Assembly: GCA_963813715.1 (NCBI GenBank)
Contig: CAWFAK010000008.1
Location: 64,001-128,000, forward strand
Reading direction: 5' to 3'
Length of the DNA stretch: 64,000 nt
From: an uncultured Planctomycetaceae bacterium
GTDB lineage: Bacteria; Planctomycetota; Planctomycetia; Planctomycetales; Planctomycetaceae
Of this stretch, positions 25,215 to 35,398 are shown piece after piece. The notes beneath the pieces were generated by a model, which saw only the letters and a list, made by a program, of their open reading frames with translations, did not search any database and was not told where the DNA came from. The stretch's first letter is position 1. Each line of letters begins with the position of its first letter. The translations under genes were made by a program, and so were the position numbers.

Positions 25215-25631
25215 ATGACCACACAGGGAACGACGACCACTCAGCGAGTGTTTTCCGCCGCGCCGTGGGAGAAGAAAGTCGGCTACTGCCGGGCGATCAA
25301 GGTCGGCAACCTGATTTTTGTCACCGGCACCGCGGCCGTGGACGACAATGGCAAGACATTCGAGCCGGGGAATGCTTACGGCCAGGCCAAGCGGTGCCTG
25401 TTGTTGATCGAACGGGCCTTGAAAGGGTTGGGGGCCGACCTGTCGTCGGTCGTGCGGACGCGGATGTTCGTGACTGATATTTCGAAGTGGCAGGAGTTCG
25501 GCCGAGCTCACGGCGAAACGTTTCGCGACTTCCCACCGGCGACGACCATGGTCGAGGTCAAGTCGCTGATCGAGCCCGACATGCTGATCGAAATCGAGGC
25601 CGACGCCGTCGTTTCGCGCAACGAAACCTGA
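25215..25631 (+). CDS. RidA/YjgF family protein
   Basis: WEKKVGYCRA, VVRTRMFV, PATTMVEV, LIEIEADA. Confidence 0.92.
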   Translation: MTTQGTTTTQRVFSAAPWEKKVGYCRAIKVGNLIFVTGTAAVDDNGKTFEPGNAYGQAKRCLLLIERALKGLGADLSSVVRTRMFVTDISKWQEFGRAHGETFRDFPPATTMVEVKSLIEPDMLIEIEADAVVSRNET

Positions 25632-25648
25632 CCGGAGAGGCGGAGGCG

Positions 25649-26146
25649 ATGGACCTTCTCGATCGGCTCATCGAACACGACATTTGGACGACGCGGCAGC
25701 TCTTGGAGATTTGCCGCGGTCTCACCGACGAACAGCTCGATCGTCCGATCGACATCGGTCCCAAGACCGTGCGGCTCACGCTGCGGCACATCATCTACAA
25801 CATCGAGGCCTGGTCCGACCTGATGGCGGGCCGGCCGATGCGGAAGAATCCGCCGCTCGAGGAGGCGTCGATTTCCGCACTCAGCGACCGCCTCGACGCG
25901 GCGGCCACTGAGTTTACCCGGATCGCGCGGGACGTGGCCGACCGCGGAGCCTGGGACGAGAAATGGCTCAATCGGCGCCACGACCCGCCCAAGCAGCTGT
26001 CTTACGGCGGGACTATCGCTCACGTCATTACGCACAGCATGCACCACCGGGCACAGCTGCTATATATGCTGCGGCTACTGGGTGTTGAAGACCGGCCGGA
26101 GGGCGACGTACTGAGCTGGGAGGAATGGCGGTCGTCCGCGAAATAA
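25649..26146 (+). CDS. DinB family protein
   Basis: TLRHII, HVITHSMHHRAQ. Confidence 0.88.
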   Translation: MDLLDRLIEHDIWTTRQLLEICRGLTDEQLDRPIDIGPKTVRLTLRHIIYNIEAWSDLMAGRPMRKNPPLEEASISALSDRLDAAATEFTRIARDVADRGAWDEKWLNRRHDPPKQLSYGGTIAHVITHSMHHRAQLLYMLRLLGVEDRPEGDVLSWEEWRSSAK

Positions 26147-26227
26147 CGGCGCCACAAATAGCCGCACCGATTGGGTGCGTGGAACCGCTGTGCGTGACCT
26201 GCTTCGTGATCTTTCGCGGCAATCAAC

Positions 26228-26268
26228 AAAAAACTCCCGGCGGAAGCTCTCTCCCGCCGGGAGGATTC
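26228..26268. terminator. Hairpin between convergent genes, probable intrinsic terminator
   Basis: ctcccggcgg..ccgccgggag stem next to an A6 run (T-tract on the minus strand). Confidence 0.65.
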
Positions 26269-26284
26269 GGAACCTGTCGGGCTG

Positions 26285-26731
26285 TTACTTCTGCTTCGCG
26301 CTGCAGCACGCTTTCTTGTCACTGCAGCACTTTTCTCCAGACTGACAACACGCGGACTTCGCGTCGGTTGAGCAGCAGGCCAACTTGGCGTCACAGCAGG
26401 CCAGCTTGGCTTTGCAGCAGTCGGCGACTTGCGCGACGGTCTTCCCCGTCGATTTCATCGCACAACAGCAGCAGGTCTTGGCCGCGGCGGTCGCGACCGT
26501 CCCCTTCAGGCTTGCCGGGTGCGCGGCCATGCAGCAGGCTTTGCCTTCCGCACAGCACTTTGCGCCCTTCTGGCAACAGGCGGGCTTAGTCGCGCTCTGG
26601 CAGCACGGCAAGTTTTGCTGACAACAAGCGAGCTTGGCGGCACAACAATCGAGCGGCTTTTGCTCGGCCGTGACTCCGGGAATCACCAGTCCGAGGCCAA
26701 GGATCGCGCTCACAAACAAATTGACGAGCAT
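26285..26731 (-). CDS. Exported Cys-rich (28 Cys) metallothionein-like protein
   Basis: Signal peptide, two six-CC modules and a central CCCC; GGAG RBS upstream. Confidence 0.75.
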   Translation of the reverse strand: MLVNLFVSAILGLGLVIPGVTAEQKPLDCCAAKLACCQQNLPCCQSATKPACCQKGAKCCAEGKACCMAAHPASLKGTVATAAAKTCCCCAMKSTGKTVAQVADCCKAKLACCDAKLACCSTDAKSACCQSGEKCCSDKKACCSAKQK

Positions 26732-26853
26732 GGGAACTTTCTCCAGAAAAAGAGCGTTGGAAATCCGCTTTCCCTGCGCGAGAACGCGCGCAGTTCAACA
26801 TCCGGTGGACGTCAGGAAGTGCGCCCGGCCAAAACGCCGTCGCACGGAGCGAA

Positions 26854-27282
26854 TCAACAGCGCCAAACGCACTGGAGAAGATGCAAGGGCGGCCCCTCAC
26901 CCATGAGCCAGTCCGACGGAGTGCCGTCGCAGACCGAGGGGAGAACAGGCAGCAGCTCACAGACTGGAATCGGCAGGACCACCGTCGGCGCGACCGACTG
27001 CTGCACGCGCTTGGCTTGCAACGCCGCATCACGCTGACAGCAGCATCGCACGCTCGGCCGACCCGGAACGCCGCCGCAATCAGCCATCTTTCGCACGGTC
27101 CGTCGCTGGCAGCACGACCGCTGGCAACAAGCCCGCTTGGGCTGAGCGGCTTGGTTTTGATCGGAACGGTGCTGATGGGCCTGGGACTGTTCGCCGAAAA
27201 CACTGCTGCAGCACCAGCCGGCCGGCAGAACCATGCCGACGGTGGAAACGAGCAACAGCACTCGAAACAGCCAGAGCTTCAT
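26854..27282 (-). CDS. Small Cys-rich exported/membrane hypothetical protein
   Basis: Hydrophobic N-terminus, GWCC, ACC..SCC, RCCC, C-terminal HLLQCVWRC. Confidence 0.65.
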   Translation of the reverse strand: MKLWLFRVLLLVSTVGMVLPAGWCCSSVFGEQSQAHQHRSDQNQAAQPKRACCQRSCCQRRTVRKMADCGGVPGRPSVRCCCQRDAALQAKRVQQSVAPTVVLPIPVCELLPVLPSVCDGTPSDWLMGEGPPLHLLQCVWRC

Positions 27283-27303
27283 ACGCCTGCCATTATACCG
27301 GGC

Positions 27304-27342
27304 AAAAATGGGCCGGACCACAGATCTTTGCAGTCCGGCCCA
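27304..27342 (-). terminator. Probable intrinsic terminator after the PQQ-propeller gene
   Basis: tgggccggac/gtccggccca 10-bp stem followed by T5 on the minus strand. Confidence 0.55.
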
Positions 27343-27424
27343 CCCGCTGTGAATTTTTGAGCGACAAACCGACGCGACAATTCGCCAAGCTCGGCTCTGG
27401 AAGATGCAACGGCCCCGCCACTGA

Positions 27425-28654
27425 TCAGTCGACGGTCCATAAAGTCACGGAGTCGAAATCCTTAATGTAAATCCGATTTCCCGCGGCGATCGGGTAGGCG
27501 TAAGTTCCCTCATCGGCGACTTTGTAGCTGGCAATTTTTTTAAATTTCTCAGCCGGCTCAAAGACGATCAGCTGCCCGTTCGTGGGCAGCGCGAGCAGGA
27601 CGGTGCCGACGTCAACGACCGACCCGTACCCGCGATCGCCGCGGACGCGTTCGGCCGCCCACGCCGGCTTGCCCGTTTCGGCGTTGATGCAGAACAGGAA
27701 GTTGCGGCTCGAAATCCCGAACAGCAAGCCGTTCTTGAGAACCGGCGTGTCGAATTGCACGGACAGCTGCGGGTTCGCCCAAAGCTCTTTCGCCGCGTAC
27801 GAGTCTCCTTGTTTTTCGATCTTGAGCGCCTTGATGCCGCGGAGTGAGCCCGAAATGTAGACGGTATTCCCGCTCACGATGGGAGTGGCGGCGTTGTAAC
27901 CCATTCCGCTCACGGCAAACGGCGTCTGCCAGAGGAGCTTTCCGTCGGCGAGCCCGACGCCCACGAGACTCTTGGCCGTCAGCGCCACAACCATTTTGAG
28001 GCCGTCGACCGTCAGCAGGGCGGGCGAGGCATAGGCCGTGCCATCGCCGGGCCAGTTCCATTTCTCGCCGCCGCTGGCAAGGTCGTACGCCACGATGCCG
28101 CCCTTGCTCTCCCCGCCCAACTGCACGATGCACAGCCCCTCCACTACGATTGGCGAGCACGAAGTGAAAAACCGGGGCGGCTTTTCTGCAGAGTCCGTTT
28201 TGCGCCAGAGGACTTTCGCGCTCGTGGCATCAAAGCAGGACAGAGTTCCCTGCACGCCCAAGGTCACGACTTTTCCGTCGGCCACTGTCGGCGAGCTGCG
28301 CGGTCCCGGGAATTGGGCGGCGGGCCCGCTAGGCGCCTTCGCGGCCTGTTTGTCGGCCCACAGCTCATTACCGGTCATGGCGTCGAGGCAAGAGGCGACT
28401 TCATCGTCATCTCGGCGCGCAAAGACATAGAGCTTGTCGCCGACCAGGGCGGGAGTGGCAACCCCGTTGCCGACGTTCACTTTCCACTTTTGCGTGAGAG
28501 TCTTGGGCCAGGTCGCCGGCGCCTTGAAGCCGGTGGCGATCGCATCCCGGTTGGGACCGCGCCATTGAGGCCAGTCCTGCGCCAATCCCTGGCTCGCGCC
28601 GCACAAGGCCAGGCAGCCGACAACAATTCCCACCCGCCGAATTGCGCTCGTCAT
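27425..28654 (-). CDS. PQQ-binding-like beta-propeller protein
   Basis: Signal peptide, DWPQWRGPNRD, repeated DAxTG..W blades. Confidence 0.9.
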   Translation of the reverse strand: MTSAIRRVGIVVGCLALCGASQGLAQDWPQWRGPNRDAIATGFKAPATWPKTLTQKWKVNVGNGVATPALVGDKLYVFARRDDDEVASCLDAMTGNELWADKQAAKAPSGPAAQFPGPRSSPTVADGKVVTLGVQGTLSCFDATSAKVLWRKTDSAEKPPRFFTSCSPIVVEGLCIVQLGGESKGGIVAYDLASGGEKWNWPGDGTAYASPALLTVDGLKMVVALTAKSLVGVGLADGKLLWQTPFAVSGMGYNAATPIVSGNTVYISGSLRGIKALKIEKQGDSYAAKELWANPQLSVQFDTPVLKNGLLFGISSRNFLFCINAETGKPAWAAERVRGDRGYGSVVDVGTVLLALPTNGQLIVFEPAEKFKKIASYKVADEGTYAYPIAAGNRIYIKDFDSVTLWTVD

Positions 28655-29099
28655 AGCGGCTTCCTCCAAGCTGGTTCGATTGTGTTCCGTTCGACGAACG
28701 AGAAACTGCGATGTCCCCGTTCACCGAAGCCAATTGCCTGCGGCACTCCGCTGAGTCTATCGCGGCACCGAGGGGAATCAATTGCGCAACCGACGGAATC
28801 AATCGCACCTGAAGCAGTATTAACCGGCGACGTGTCCCGGCTGGGCGGACAGCCGCCGTCGCGGGGAGGTCGCCGAGGATTCCGCAATCCCACCGCAACT
28901 GGCGCTCTTAGTTTCATCGTTGTGCTGGTTTTCATCGTTGTGCTGATCGTCGCACGGAGGGAATCGCCGGACTCGGGCGCAGTCTCACGCAGTAGCGTTT
29001 GTCCGACATCCGACAAATGAAGTGTCGCTGCAGAAAATCCGAACCTTTCGCAATGTAACGACCATTCGCGCACGACGTGTCCTCGCCAGGAAATTCCTC

Positions 29100-29420
29100 A
29101 TGAACGTGCGACGAACGTTCCATACCGTCTGCGCGACCGCCATGACGGCGGGCGCGTCGTTGCTCCTCCCGGCTCTGGTCTCGGCCCAGGACAACGCGGC
29201 GCAGGTCGCGCAGCCCGGCGCCTCTTACGGTTCGTACGCACCCCAAGAATCCTCTGGCCGTTCGTGGTCCACGCACTGGCCCTTCCACCACGCCGGCTAC
29301 CGCGCGACGAATCCCACCTGGCGGCCGCTGCAACCGTGCGACTGGGGCTACGGCCCGTACGGACCCCGCAACAACTTAAATTCCAGTCAGCGCAGCCCGT
29401 CTGGGATGACCTGGTGGTAA
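29100..29420 (+). CDS. Small exported hypothetical protein
   Basis: Signal peptide ending VSA-QD, aromatic/Pro/Gly-rich mature part ending WW. Confidence 0.55.
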   Translation: MNVRRTFHTVCATAMTAGASLLLPALVSAQDNAAQVAQPGASYGSYAPQESSGRSWSTHWPFHHAGYRATNPTWRPLQPCDWGYGPYGPRNNLNSSQRSPSGMTWW

Positions 29421-29530
29421 GCCGCTATTGTGGCTGACCGTCGTTAACCGCCGGCCCGCCGAGCGCCGAATTGCAAGTGGGCCAGAAACGGAAACGGGCG
29501 CTTTGCCGGGTTCTCGGTTTGCTGCCGAAC

Positions 29531-30277
29531 TCAGCCCGACGTGAGAACGTCCGGCAGCCGGTGGTAAAGCAGCTTAAAGAACACGGTGCCGAGGATTCCG
29601 CCGGGAATGCTCGCCACGTTGGCCAGAAAGTGGCAGAGGATGGCCGGCCAGAGGCTCCGCGTCCGAGCGCGTAGCACCGCGCAACCCCAGCCCGCGAAGA
29701 ACGTGCCCGCGACCAGCGTGCCGCCCCCTTGGATGCCCATGGGCGACCAGATCAGCGGCACATGCATGCCCGCGAAGACCAGGGTCGACGCAACGATCGA
29801 CGGCGCGAACGGCGACCGAGCGGCCGCCTCGTCACGCTCGGCGATCCATGATTGCACGAGCCCGCGGACGTAAATCTCTTCGGAGATGCTGCTCAACATC
29901 CAGATGCACAGCACGAGCTCCAGAAAATTCATCTTCGCTGCCAGCGGGTGCTTCACCCCCAGGAAGATCATCACGACGGTGGCCGACATCATGGCGAGCG
30001 CGGCCACCGAGATCCACGGGGCATAGGATCGGTTCCACCACGGTGCTTTGCGCCAACCCATCTCGCTGAGCTGTCGACCGAGCGCTAGCCACACCACGAG
30101 TGCCACGACGATCATTGTCGTCTTGAGCACGATCTGCGAAATGACGGGCGACGCAGCCCATTCCGGTTTGAGCACCGCTTTCAGCGAGTAGGCGATGCCG
30201 AGGAACAGTAGCAGACCAACCACGAAACCGACGACGGCCCGGACCCAGGGATTCCGCATGGGGTCAGTTTTCTCCAC
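29531..30277 (-). CDS. CPBP (Abi/CAAX) intramembrane metalloprotease
   Basis: EEIYVRG, FAGMH, HFLAN motifs, multiple TMs. Confidence 0.88.
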   Translation of the reverse strand: MEKTDPMRNPWVRAVVGFVVGLLLFLGIAYSLKAVLKPEWAASPVISQIVLKTTMIVVALVVWLALGRQLSEMGWRKAPWWNRSYAPWISVAALAMMSATVVMIFLGVKHPLAAKMNFLELVLCIWMLSSISEEIYVRGLVQSWIAERDEAAARSPFAPSIVASTLVFAGMHVPLIWSPMGIQGGGTLVAGTFFAGWGCAVLRARTRSLWPAILCHFLANVASIPGGILGTVFFKLLYHRLPDVLTSG

Positions 30278-30326
30278 TTAAATTCAAATACAAATGTGGG
30301 AGAGTCCGGCCACTCGGACGCAGATG

Positions 30327-31761
30327 TTATTTCGCACACAGTTCTCGCAAAGCCGCGAGCAGGATCGGCGCCCCCTCGGGCAGTTCGCTGCGGATCAGGC
30401 TCGCCGTCTGATCGGTGGCCATTCGAGGCAGCCGAGGGTAATGAAAACGAACATCGGGATGGGACTTGGCCAAAAACTGGCAGAGCGTTTCGGCCGCTGC
30501 CTTGGCCGCCGCATACTCGCCAAGATTGAGCGGCAGCTCGTGGACATAGACTGACGAGGGGTAAAGGACCCGCGTCAGGTCCGATCCCGAGCCGCGGACG
30601 GCGGCAAATGCCTCGCCAAAGCCGGCGACGTAATACGCCGCGAAGTCCTGAAAACGGGCGATGCTAAAACGACGATCGGCCGACGACGCAATATAAGGTG
30701 TCGCGAAGTAAGCAAGCAGCGTCGGCCGCCAATCGCCCATTAGGGTTGGAAGCCGCTCGGCATCGGTCCGCACGTCGTAGGCGAAGGGCCGGGCGATCGC
30801 TCCGCCAGCGGCGAGTTCGGCTGCGACACTTTTGGCATCCGCGGCACCCCGGTGATAGGTGAACCAGACGTCGGCTCCGCCTGCAGCGAGCAGCTTGACG
30901 GTCAGTTCGCCCAATCCTCTCGAGCCGCCGATCACGAGCGCCCGCTCGCCGCGAAATTCGTCGGGCCTGACCAGGGCTCGCACTGTGTTGAACGACGGTT
31001 GTGGCTGCGGTTCGGGCCGCACGAACGCCGTCACAGTCCCCGCGAAACCGGGAGCGTCCAGCCGCAACTCCAATCGTGAAACGCGCTCGTCGAAATCTTC
31101 GGTTCGATAGCTGAGGACCGCGCTCTCCGCCGACGGCGATTGATTATCTCGCAAGTCGAGCCCGGCCAAGACCGAGTTTCGGCCGGGCGCCTCCATGCCG
31201 ACCACGCGTGTGGCCGCCAACAGCGTCGCGATCTGTTCGGCAGGCAGTGCCCGCGCAGCGTGGGGAAAGAGTCGAGCGGCGAGCGCGGGCTCCAAGCAAA
31301 GGGGCAGTTGTCCGGCCGCCGACTGCAGTTCGACTGAGGTCGGTTCGCGACAAGCTTCCCGCGGCGGGATCAGGCTCGAAATCTGGGGTGCGATTGGCGT
31401 GACGACGCTTGCTGCCGTTTCGTACGCGACGTTCGCAGTCAGCAGCGAAATTCCGTCGGCCGCGACCTCAAACCGCACGTTCGCGGCATCTTTGCTCTCC
31501 ACAGCCAGCTCGACGCCGACGTTGAGACGCGATCGAATTGCGAAACCGGACCTTCAAACGTGCGAGCCGAGTCAAAGCCGAGTTTTCCCCCAGCCAGCCA
31601 TCGAGGGCCCACAAGAGCGCGTGCATCCCGTGGACAACCTGCTGCCCAAACAAGAAGCGGCGCGCGGCGATCGGATCGAGGTGAATGGGATTGTAATCGC
31701 CCGAGAGACGGGCGAAGGCGAGTTGATCGTCAGTGGTGAAGGCTCGGGTTCGCAGTGCCAT
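30327..31761 (-). CDS. MaoC-dehydratase plus SDR fusion protein (frameshift near 31520)
   Basis: FARLSGDYNPIH, VVHGMH (hot-dog fold) in ORF 31468..31926; GGSRGLG and YAAAK (SDR) in ORF 30327..31502. Confidence 0.8.
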
Positions 31762-32156
31762 CGATCCGGGCGAGGGAGATTCAACGACGGCGACGGAACA
31801 AGTGTCGTCAGAACCACTGCGTCGCGGGTTGTTAATCGGACCGCACGTGAGGGGACGTCTGGGTTCGGTCCGGGCTTCGGCCCAATTCTCCCCCGAAAAC
31901 CAACCGAACACAATCACCGTCGTCACCGGCCGTACAAGGCAGTCGATAGTGTCGACCGCTTCCGGTTTGGTTCCGCGGCTCCCGGCCGCCGGAAGGTTAC
32001 GGCGGATCCATGTTTATCCCGACCAATTGACGATTTTTCCCAGTTTCACTACAAGCCCTCCGCGCTGAGTTGGGCCATCGGCGTCGCGGGCTGTCGGCGG
32101 TCTTCGGCCCGCTTCGTGGCCAGGATTCTTGCTTGTCGGATCTCGGGATCTCTCAA

Positions 32157-33200
32157 GTGACAGCAGCCCACTCTTGGCCGTTAACTCCGGCCTCTCCGCT
32201 TGCCGGGCAGGCTCCAGTTCCCGTCGAGCTGGAAACTGTCGATTGCCTGCTCTGTGGCGGCTCCGATCATGAAACGATCGTCATCACTCACGATCGGCTC
32301 ACGCGGATCGGCGGCAACTTTCGCGTCGTCCGCTGCCGCAATTGCCAGTTGGCCTTCACGAACCCACGGCCCACCGAGCGCGACCGCGGGCTGTTTTACC
32401 CGGCCGACTACGCGCCGCATTTGAAGCCGGCGGCGAACGCCAGTGCGGTGGCCAGCTGGCGGCGAATGCTCGAGCGGGCCGTGCTGCGACATCGTTACGG
32501 CTATCCGCCCGCGCACTTCAACGCGGCGACGCGGCTGCAGTCGCTCTTGGGTCGCGCCCTGATCCGGCGGCGGCGCGACCGTCAGCACTGGGTGCCGTTT
32601 CGCGCACCGGGCCGGCTGCTCGACTTTGGCTGTGGCGCCGACGATTTCTTGGATCAGATGCGCGATTACGGCTGGCGCGTGGAAGGGGTCGACTTGTTCC
32701 CCCACGTTGTCGAGGCCGTCCGCCGCAAGCCGGGCATGCGGGCCCACCTGGGCACCTTGCCGCATCCCGACATCAAGCCCGGCACGTTCGACGCGATCAC
32801 CATGCGGCACTCGCTGGAGCACGTCCCCTTCCCCAAAGTGGTCCTGGAAGCGGCGGCGGATGCGCTTCGTAGCGGAGGCGTGCTCGTCGTCGGCGTGCCG
32901 AATTTCGACTCTTGGTCGTTTCAACACTTCCAGCAGAACTGGACGGGCCTCGCCCTGCCGCGACACCTCACGCACTTCACTCCGGCAACGTTGTGCCGGA
33001 TGGCCGAGGCCGTGGGCTTCCGCACGCTGGCCATCGAACAGATTGGCCGCGATGGGCGGATCCGCAAGTCGGCCCGCATCGCCGCGGCCGCCGGCGCGCC
33101 CAGCCTGCTGCGTCGAAAGCTGCCGGCCGGACTCGTCGCCCGCTGGACCGAACTCACTGGCCGGGCAGACAGCCTGCGGCTGATCGCGGAAAAGATCTGA
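32157..33200 (+). CDS. Class I SAM-dependent methyltransferase with N-terminal Zn-binding motif
   Basis: CLLC..CRNC, LLDFGCG, FDAITMRHSLEHV, PRHLTHF. Confidence 0.88.
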   Translation: MTAAHSWPLTPASPLAGQAPVPVELETVDCLLCGGSDHETIVITHDRLTRIGGNFRVVRCRNCQLAFTNPRPTERDRGLFYPADYAPHLKPAANASAVASWRRMLERAVLRHRYGYPPAHFNAATRLQSLLGRALIRRRRDRQHWVPFRAPGRLLDFGCGADDFLDQMRDYGWRVEGVDLFPHVVEAVRRKPGMRAHLGTLPHPDIKPGTFDAITMRHSLEHVPFPKVVLEAAADALRSGGVLVVGVPNFDSWSFQHFQQNWTGLALPRHLTHFTPATLCRMAEAVGFRTLAIEQIGRDGRIRKSARIAAAAGAPSLLRRKLPAGLVARWTELTGRADSLRLIAEKI

Positions 33201-33257
33201 AGCGGTCAAAGATCGGCAACCGGCGATTCGACGCGATCAAATGATTCATGGCGTCGG

Positions 33258-33854
33258 TCAGCGGCGGTGTGAGGGCCAGGCTTGGAGCGCAATCGCGGCC
33301 ACCCGTTCGAGTTCTTCGCGATTGGCCCCGCTCGCGGCCTGCACCGACATCCCGTTCAGCACGGTGGCGACAAACCGCGCGAGGTCGGCGGGCTGAACGT
33401 CTGTAGCGAGATCGCCTTCAGCCACCGCCCGCTCGAAGCGTTCGCGGAGCGCGACGACCAGCGCATCGCGCCGCGCCGCCATTTCCCGTCGCAGGCAATC
33501 GGCCGTTTCGCCGCAGGCCAGCGCCCCCTGCACCAGGAAGCACCCGCGCGGATTGCGGGAGTCGGTCATCAGTTCGATGCTTTGCCGGAATAGCCGTTCG
33601 ACGACGTGGCGGGCCGTCCGTTCTTCCAGGGCTGCACGGCTGGCCGCGGCCGGGCCGTCGAGATAACGATCGACGGCCTTGCGAAAGAGGGCTTCCTTGT
33701 TGCCGAAGGCCGCGTACAGGCTGGGCCGGCTGATCCGCATGGCCTTGGTCAGGGCCGGCAGCGACGCCCCTTCGTAACCGCGGCGCCAAAAGACCTGCAG
33801 GGCGCGATCCAGCGCTTTGTCGATGTCGAATTCTCGGGGTCGCCCACTCGGCAC
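33258..33854 (-). CDS. TetR/AcrR family regulator
   Basis: GRPREFD, FWRRGYEGAS, SLYAAFGNKEALF, GCFLV. Confidence 0.93.
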   Translation of the reverse strand: MPSGRPREFDIDKALDRALQVFWRRGYEGASLPALTKAMRISRPSLYAAFGNKEALFRKAVDRYLDGPAAASRAALEERTARHVVERLFRQSIELMTDSRNPRGCFLVQGALACGETADCLRREMAARRDALVVALRERFERAVAEGDLATDVQPADLARFVATVLNGMSVQAASGANREELERVAAIALQAWPSHRR

Positions 33855-33870
33855 GTGAAGTTGTCCTTTC

Positions 33871-33940
33871 TGTACCGAATAGTACACTAATTGGATTGAC
33901 GGATCAATCTGGCTCGCGTATTTTTGTATCGTTCAGTATA
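33871..33940. promoter_or_regulatory. Two putative TetR operators in the divergent promoter
   Basis: TGTAC-N6-GTACA at 33871-33886 and TGTAT-N6-GTATA at 33925-33940. Confidence 0.65.
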
Positions 33941-34005
33941 GAAGGCGCGGGACCCAATCGGGACCGCCAATCGCAACCAGCGGGTTTTTGACAGGAGTCT
34001 CAGCC

Positions 34006-34758
34006 ATGTCGCAGAAACTTGCGGGAAAAGTGGCCGTCGTGACTGGAGCGTCGAAGGGAATCGGGGCGGAAATCGCCCGCCAGCTGGCCGCCGAGGGGGC
34101 CGCGGTCGTCGTCAATTACGCTTCGAGCAAAACGGGAGCCGAACGGGTCGTTAACGATATCACCGGCAAGGGAGGCAAGGCGGTCGCCGTCCAGGCCGAC
34201 ATGTCGAAAGAGGCCGACATCCGCCGTCTGTTCGCCGAGACGAAAAAGAACTTCGACAAGCTCGACGTCCTGGTCAACAACGCCGGCGTCTACGAATTCC
34301 TGCCGCTGGAGAATATTACGGCCGACGCCTTCCACCGGATGTTCAACCTGAATGTGCTGGGCCTGATTCTCGCTTCGCAAGAAGCCGTGAAACATTTCGG
34401 TTCCGCGGGCGGCAGCATCGTCAACATCAGCTCGGTGGCTTCCACGGCCGCGCTGCCGACCGCGTCGGTCTATAGCGCGACCAAAGCGGCCGTCGACGCC
34501 GTCACGCGGTCGCTGGCGCAGGAGTTGGGCCCCCGCAAAATCCGCGTCAACTCGATCAATCCCGGCATGATCGAAACCGAAGGCCTCCACTCGGCTGGCA
34601 TTGCCGAAAGCGATTTTCGCAAACAAACCGAGACTCAGACGCCGCTGGGCCGCATCGGCAAGCCGCAGGACATCGCACCGATGGCCGCCTTCCTGGCCTC
34701 GTCCGACTCCTCGTGGATTACCGGCGAATCGTTCTACATCAGCGGCGGCGTGCGCGAG
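34006..34758 (+). CDS. SDR oxidoreductase (FabG/glucose 1-dehydrogenase-like); stop codon probably lost by an indel
   Basis: TGASKGIG, NNAG, YSATK, SWITGESFYISGGVR; the ORF extension to 35007 does not look SDR-like. Confidence 0.9.
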
Positions 34759-34842
34759 GCGCGCCCTTGGCGTAGACCGCCCCTCATTCTCACGACTCGG
34801 CCGACGGGCGGACGCGCTTCCGCCGGTCGGCCGTCGCCTTGT

Positions 34843-35244
34843 TCACTCCGCGCGAGGCGGCGCGGGCAGGATCCGCTGGGCGGCCTCGATAATCTTGCCG
34901 ATCGTGATCGGACGAACCAAGAGCGCGGCGACCTGGTCGGCAATCGGCTCCTATTGATCCCGGTTGATCGAACCGATAACCAGGACCAGCGGGATGCCGG
35001 GGGCTAGCGTCAACAGGTAACGCACCGCTTGTGGCGTTGCCTCCGGATCCTCATGCGCGTCGAGCAACACCAACCGCGGCTCGACCGAGTGCTGCAGCAG
35101 CCGGCCCAGCGCGACTGCGATCCCCGGCACGGGCAGCACGTCATAGCCCGCCTCGAGCAGCTCGCCATACAACAGGCGTCGCTCGCCCAAGTCGGCGGCG
35201 ATCAGCAGCACGTCACGGCATGGGGACTCTTCGATCAAAATCAT
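34843..35244 (-). pseudogene. Receiver-like domain protein with an in-frame TAG at 34951-34953
   Basis: PRLVLLD..PGIPLVLVIG, then after TAG the frame continues EPIADQVAALLVRPITIGKIIEAAQRIL to TGA at 34843. Confidence 0.55.
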
Positions 35245-35398
35245 TTCCTCGGATGGACGCGGTGAGACGAGTCGAATCGGAAATTCACCCGGGTGGTCTA
35301 GCCGATTTTTCAGCTAATATCGGGGACCGTCGGTCGAATTTGTTGGGAGTTCCCGCCACCTGCCACCCTCCCATTCCAAAGACCCTTGGTCGAGCATT

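Noticed and set aside
34759..35007. C-terminal extension of the SDR
   Set aside because: Runs through a hairpin and the convergent gene; likely a lost stop codon
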